Source: Candidatus Saganbacteria bacterium
GTDB lineage: Bacteria > Margulisbacteria > WOR-1 > XYC2-FULL-46-14 > WPAF01
DNA: 64,000 nucleotides
NCBI GenBank assembly: GCA_016223205.1
Contig: JACRPM010000006.1
Span: 60,257-124,256 of the forward strand
Reading direction: 5' to 3'
In this document: piece after piece, positions 62,875 to 64,000 of the stretch
Layout of the letters: the number at the start of each line of letters is the position of its first letter
Numbering within the stretch: the stretch's first letter is position 1
The notes under the pieces: generated by a model
Seen by the model: the letters and a program-made list of their open reading frames with translations, nothing else
Databases searched by the model: none
What the model was told of the DNA's origin: nothing
Program-made: the position numbers and the translations under genes

Positions 62875-63111
62875 ATGCATAATAATTGGACGCTTGAAGA
62901 GTTAAAAAGATATTTCACCTTCACGGCAGAAGATCAAAACACTTCTGACCCCGACATCCTCTATCGCGGGGAACTGATAGATGTGGAGAGGGGAGGGATA
63001 AGGTCCTATGAAGAGGAAAAGCCAAAAACCGCAACAAAATTCACGGAGCTTTCTCTGCCTCCTCCAACCCTCTACCCGTCAGACATAAAAACACTAAGAC
63101 CCAAACCCTAA
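62875..63111 (+). CDS. Small hypothetical protein or gene remnant
   Basis: 78 aa ORF, no recognisable motif or SD. Confidence 0.35.
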   Translation: MHNNWTLEELKRYFTFTAEDQNTSDPDILYRGELIDVERGGIRSYEEEKPKTATKFTELSLPPPTLYPSDIKTLRPKP

Positions 63112-63112
63112 A

Positions 63113-63649
63113 CTATCGGCTTTGAAGTATTTGCTCAACTCTTTTGTCAAGTTTTTCCATTTCTTGTAGGTAATTCATTTTCTGTCTTTCGATATCCAGC
63201 TCCAGTAAATATTTATTCAGGCCCTCGTCCTTAATGACGGTCAAGATCTGCTTTACCGGAGTAGTGCCGGACATAAAATATGCCGCCACCTTGGTGCTAT
63301 TAAGGTCGGCTAAACTTATAACCATCATGAGGCGCAAAGCCCGAACGGTTTGCGCGGTAATGTCCTGCTTGCTGGGTACGGGCAGTCCAGATGAGGGATG
63401 GGAGTGGTAAAAGCCCAGAGTATCCATCTTATATTCCTCAAAGAACTGGTTGGCCCGCAGGCAATCGGTTTCCGCAATACCAAACTCATGTTTCTCCCTG
63501 AATTCGATGAAAGCAAAGTTGGGGACGGGGAAAACTCCAAGGATCAAATTGCCGATCCCGCCCAAAAAGCCGCCCGCCTCCGCCGGGTAGTTGTCCCGGC
63601 AGTGCGTAATTATCAGATCAAAGTGGCGCTTAATGATAATGAGGTCCAT
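63113..63649 (-). CDS. JAB/MPN (Mov34) metallopeptidase
   Basis: E.GG.L plus JAMM motif 'YHSHP...PSKQD'; start moved to ATG 63649 because the longer ORF runs into rnpB. Confidence 0.85.
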   Translation of the reverse strand: MDLIIIKRHFDLIITHCRDNYPAEAGGFLGGIGNLILGVFPVPNFAFIEFREKHEFGIAETDCLRANQFFEEYKMDTLGFYHSHPSSGLPVPSKQDITAQTVRALRLMMVISLADLNSTKVAAYFMSGTTPVKQILTVIKDEGLNKYLLELDIERQKMNYLQEMEKLDKRVEQILQSR

Positions 63650-63658
63650 AAAAATAAT

Positions 63659-64000
63659 GGGCGGGCCGGTAAGCCGGGTTCTGTCGTTGATCGACCATCT
63701 GTCTGGGATAGACATTGCTGGCTACCTCGGTGCGGCCTACTCGGGATCATAACGACGCGAGCTACGTCTTTCCCTATTTGGCCTTGCTCCGCGTGGGGTT
63801 TACATCCCGCCATGTTACCATGGCGGGACGGGAGCTCTTACCTCCCGTTTTCACCATCGCCTCTCCCCCGGTAAACCGGGGAAGGTGGGCTGTGTAATTT
63901 CTGTTGCACTTTCCTTCAGGTTGCCCTGAGTCGCCGTTAGCGACCACGCCGCTCTGCGGAGCCCGGACTTTCCTCCGTGAACCTAAGCGCTTGCGCGCAT
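63659..64000 (-). ncRNA. rnpB: RNase P RNA, type A (5' end beyond the window)
   Basis: GAGGAAAGTCCGGGCTCC, GGAAAGTGCAACAGAAA, GAGCAAGGCCAAATAGG, ACAGAACCCGGCTTAC. Confidence 0.96.

Noticed and set aside
63398-63897. ORFs 63398..63874, 63613..63813, 63715..63897 and the N-terminal extension of the JAB ORF
   Set aside because: They overlap RNase P RNA.

Overview
Bacterial chromosomal window, mostly housekeeping, compact and moderately GC-rich. Cyanobacteria-like LpxB/TIGR03492-type genes and a plastid-like initiator tRNA suggest (inference only) a non-photosynthetic relative of Cyanobacteria such as Saganbacteria/Margulisbacteria. Contents in order: end of a pilO-pilP-pilQ-like cluster; gpsA-plsY; tRNA-fMet; rpoN plus an NtrC-like regulator; ahcY-lspA-lgt; an AbiEi/AbiEii pair; a 16 kb nitrogen-assimilation island (NifA-like activator, nadE, three amtB-glnK pairs, a porin-like gene, glnA, gltBD); a PAS two-component cluster; hisG and an LPS/glycosyltransferase operon; an accessory region around tRNA-Tyr; bioH/bioC-like genes; carAB; an AT-rich 3-4 gene cassette; a JAB gene; and RNase P RNA. 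Main leads: (1) a readable sigma54 regulon with three -24/-12 promoters, each with two ACA-N4-TGT-type boxes exactly 31 bp apart, and the same boxes over the activator's own promoter; (2) an AT-rich TIGR04255-like / small protein / MazF-fold-like cassette, a candidate new toxin-antitoxin or defence module; (3) several palindromic and heptameric repeats read in-frame inside conserved enzymes; (4) a recurring sigma28-like promoter in front of orphan genes and a candidate ~80 nt sRNA; (5) unannotated small membrane proteins and widespread leaderless gene starts. All family assignments are by motif recognition; no database searches were run.
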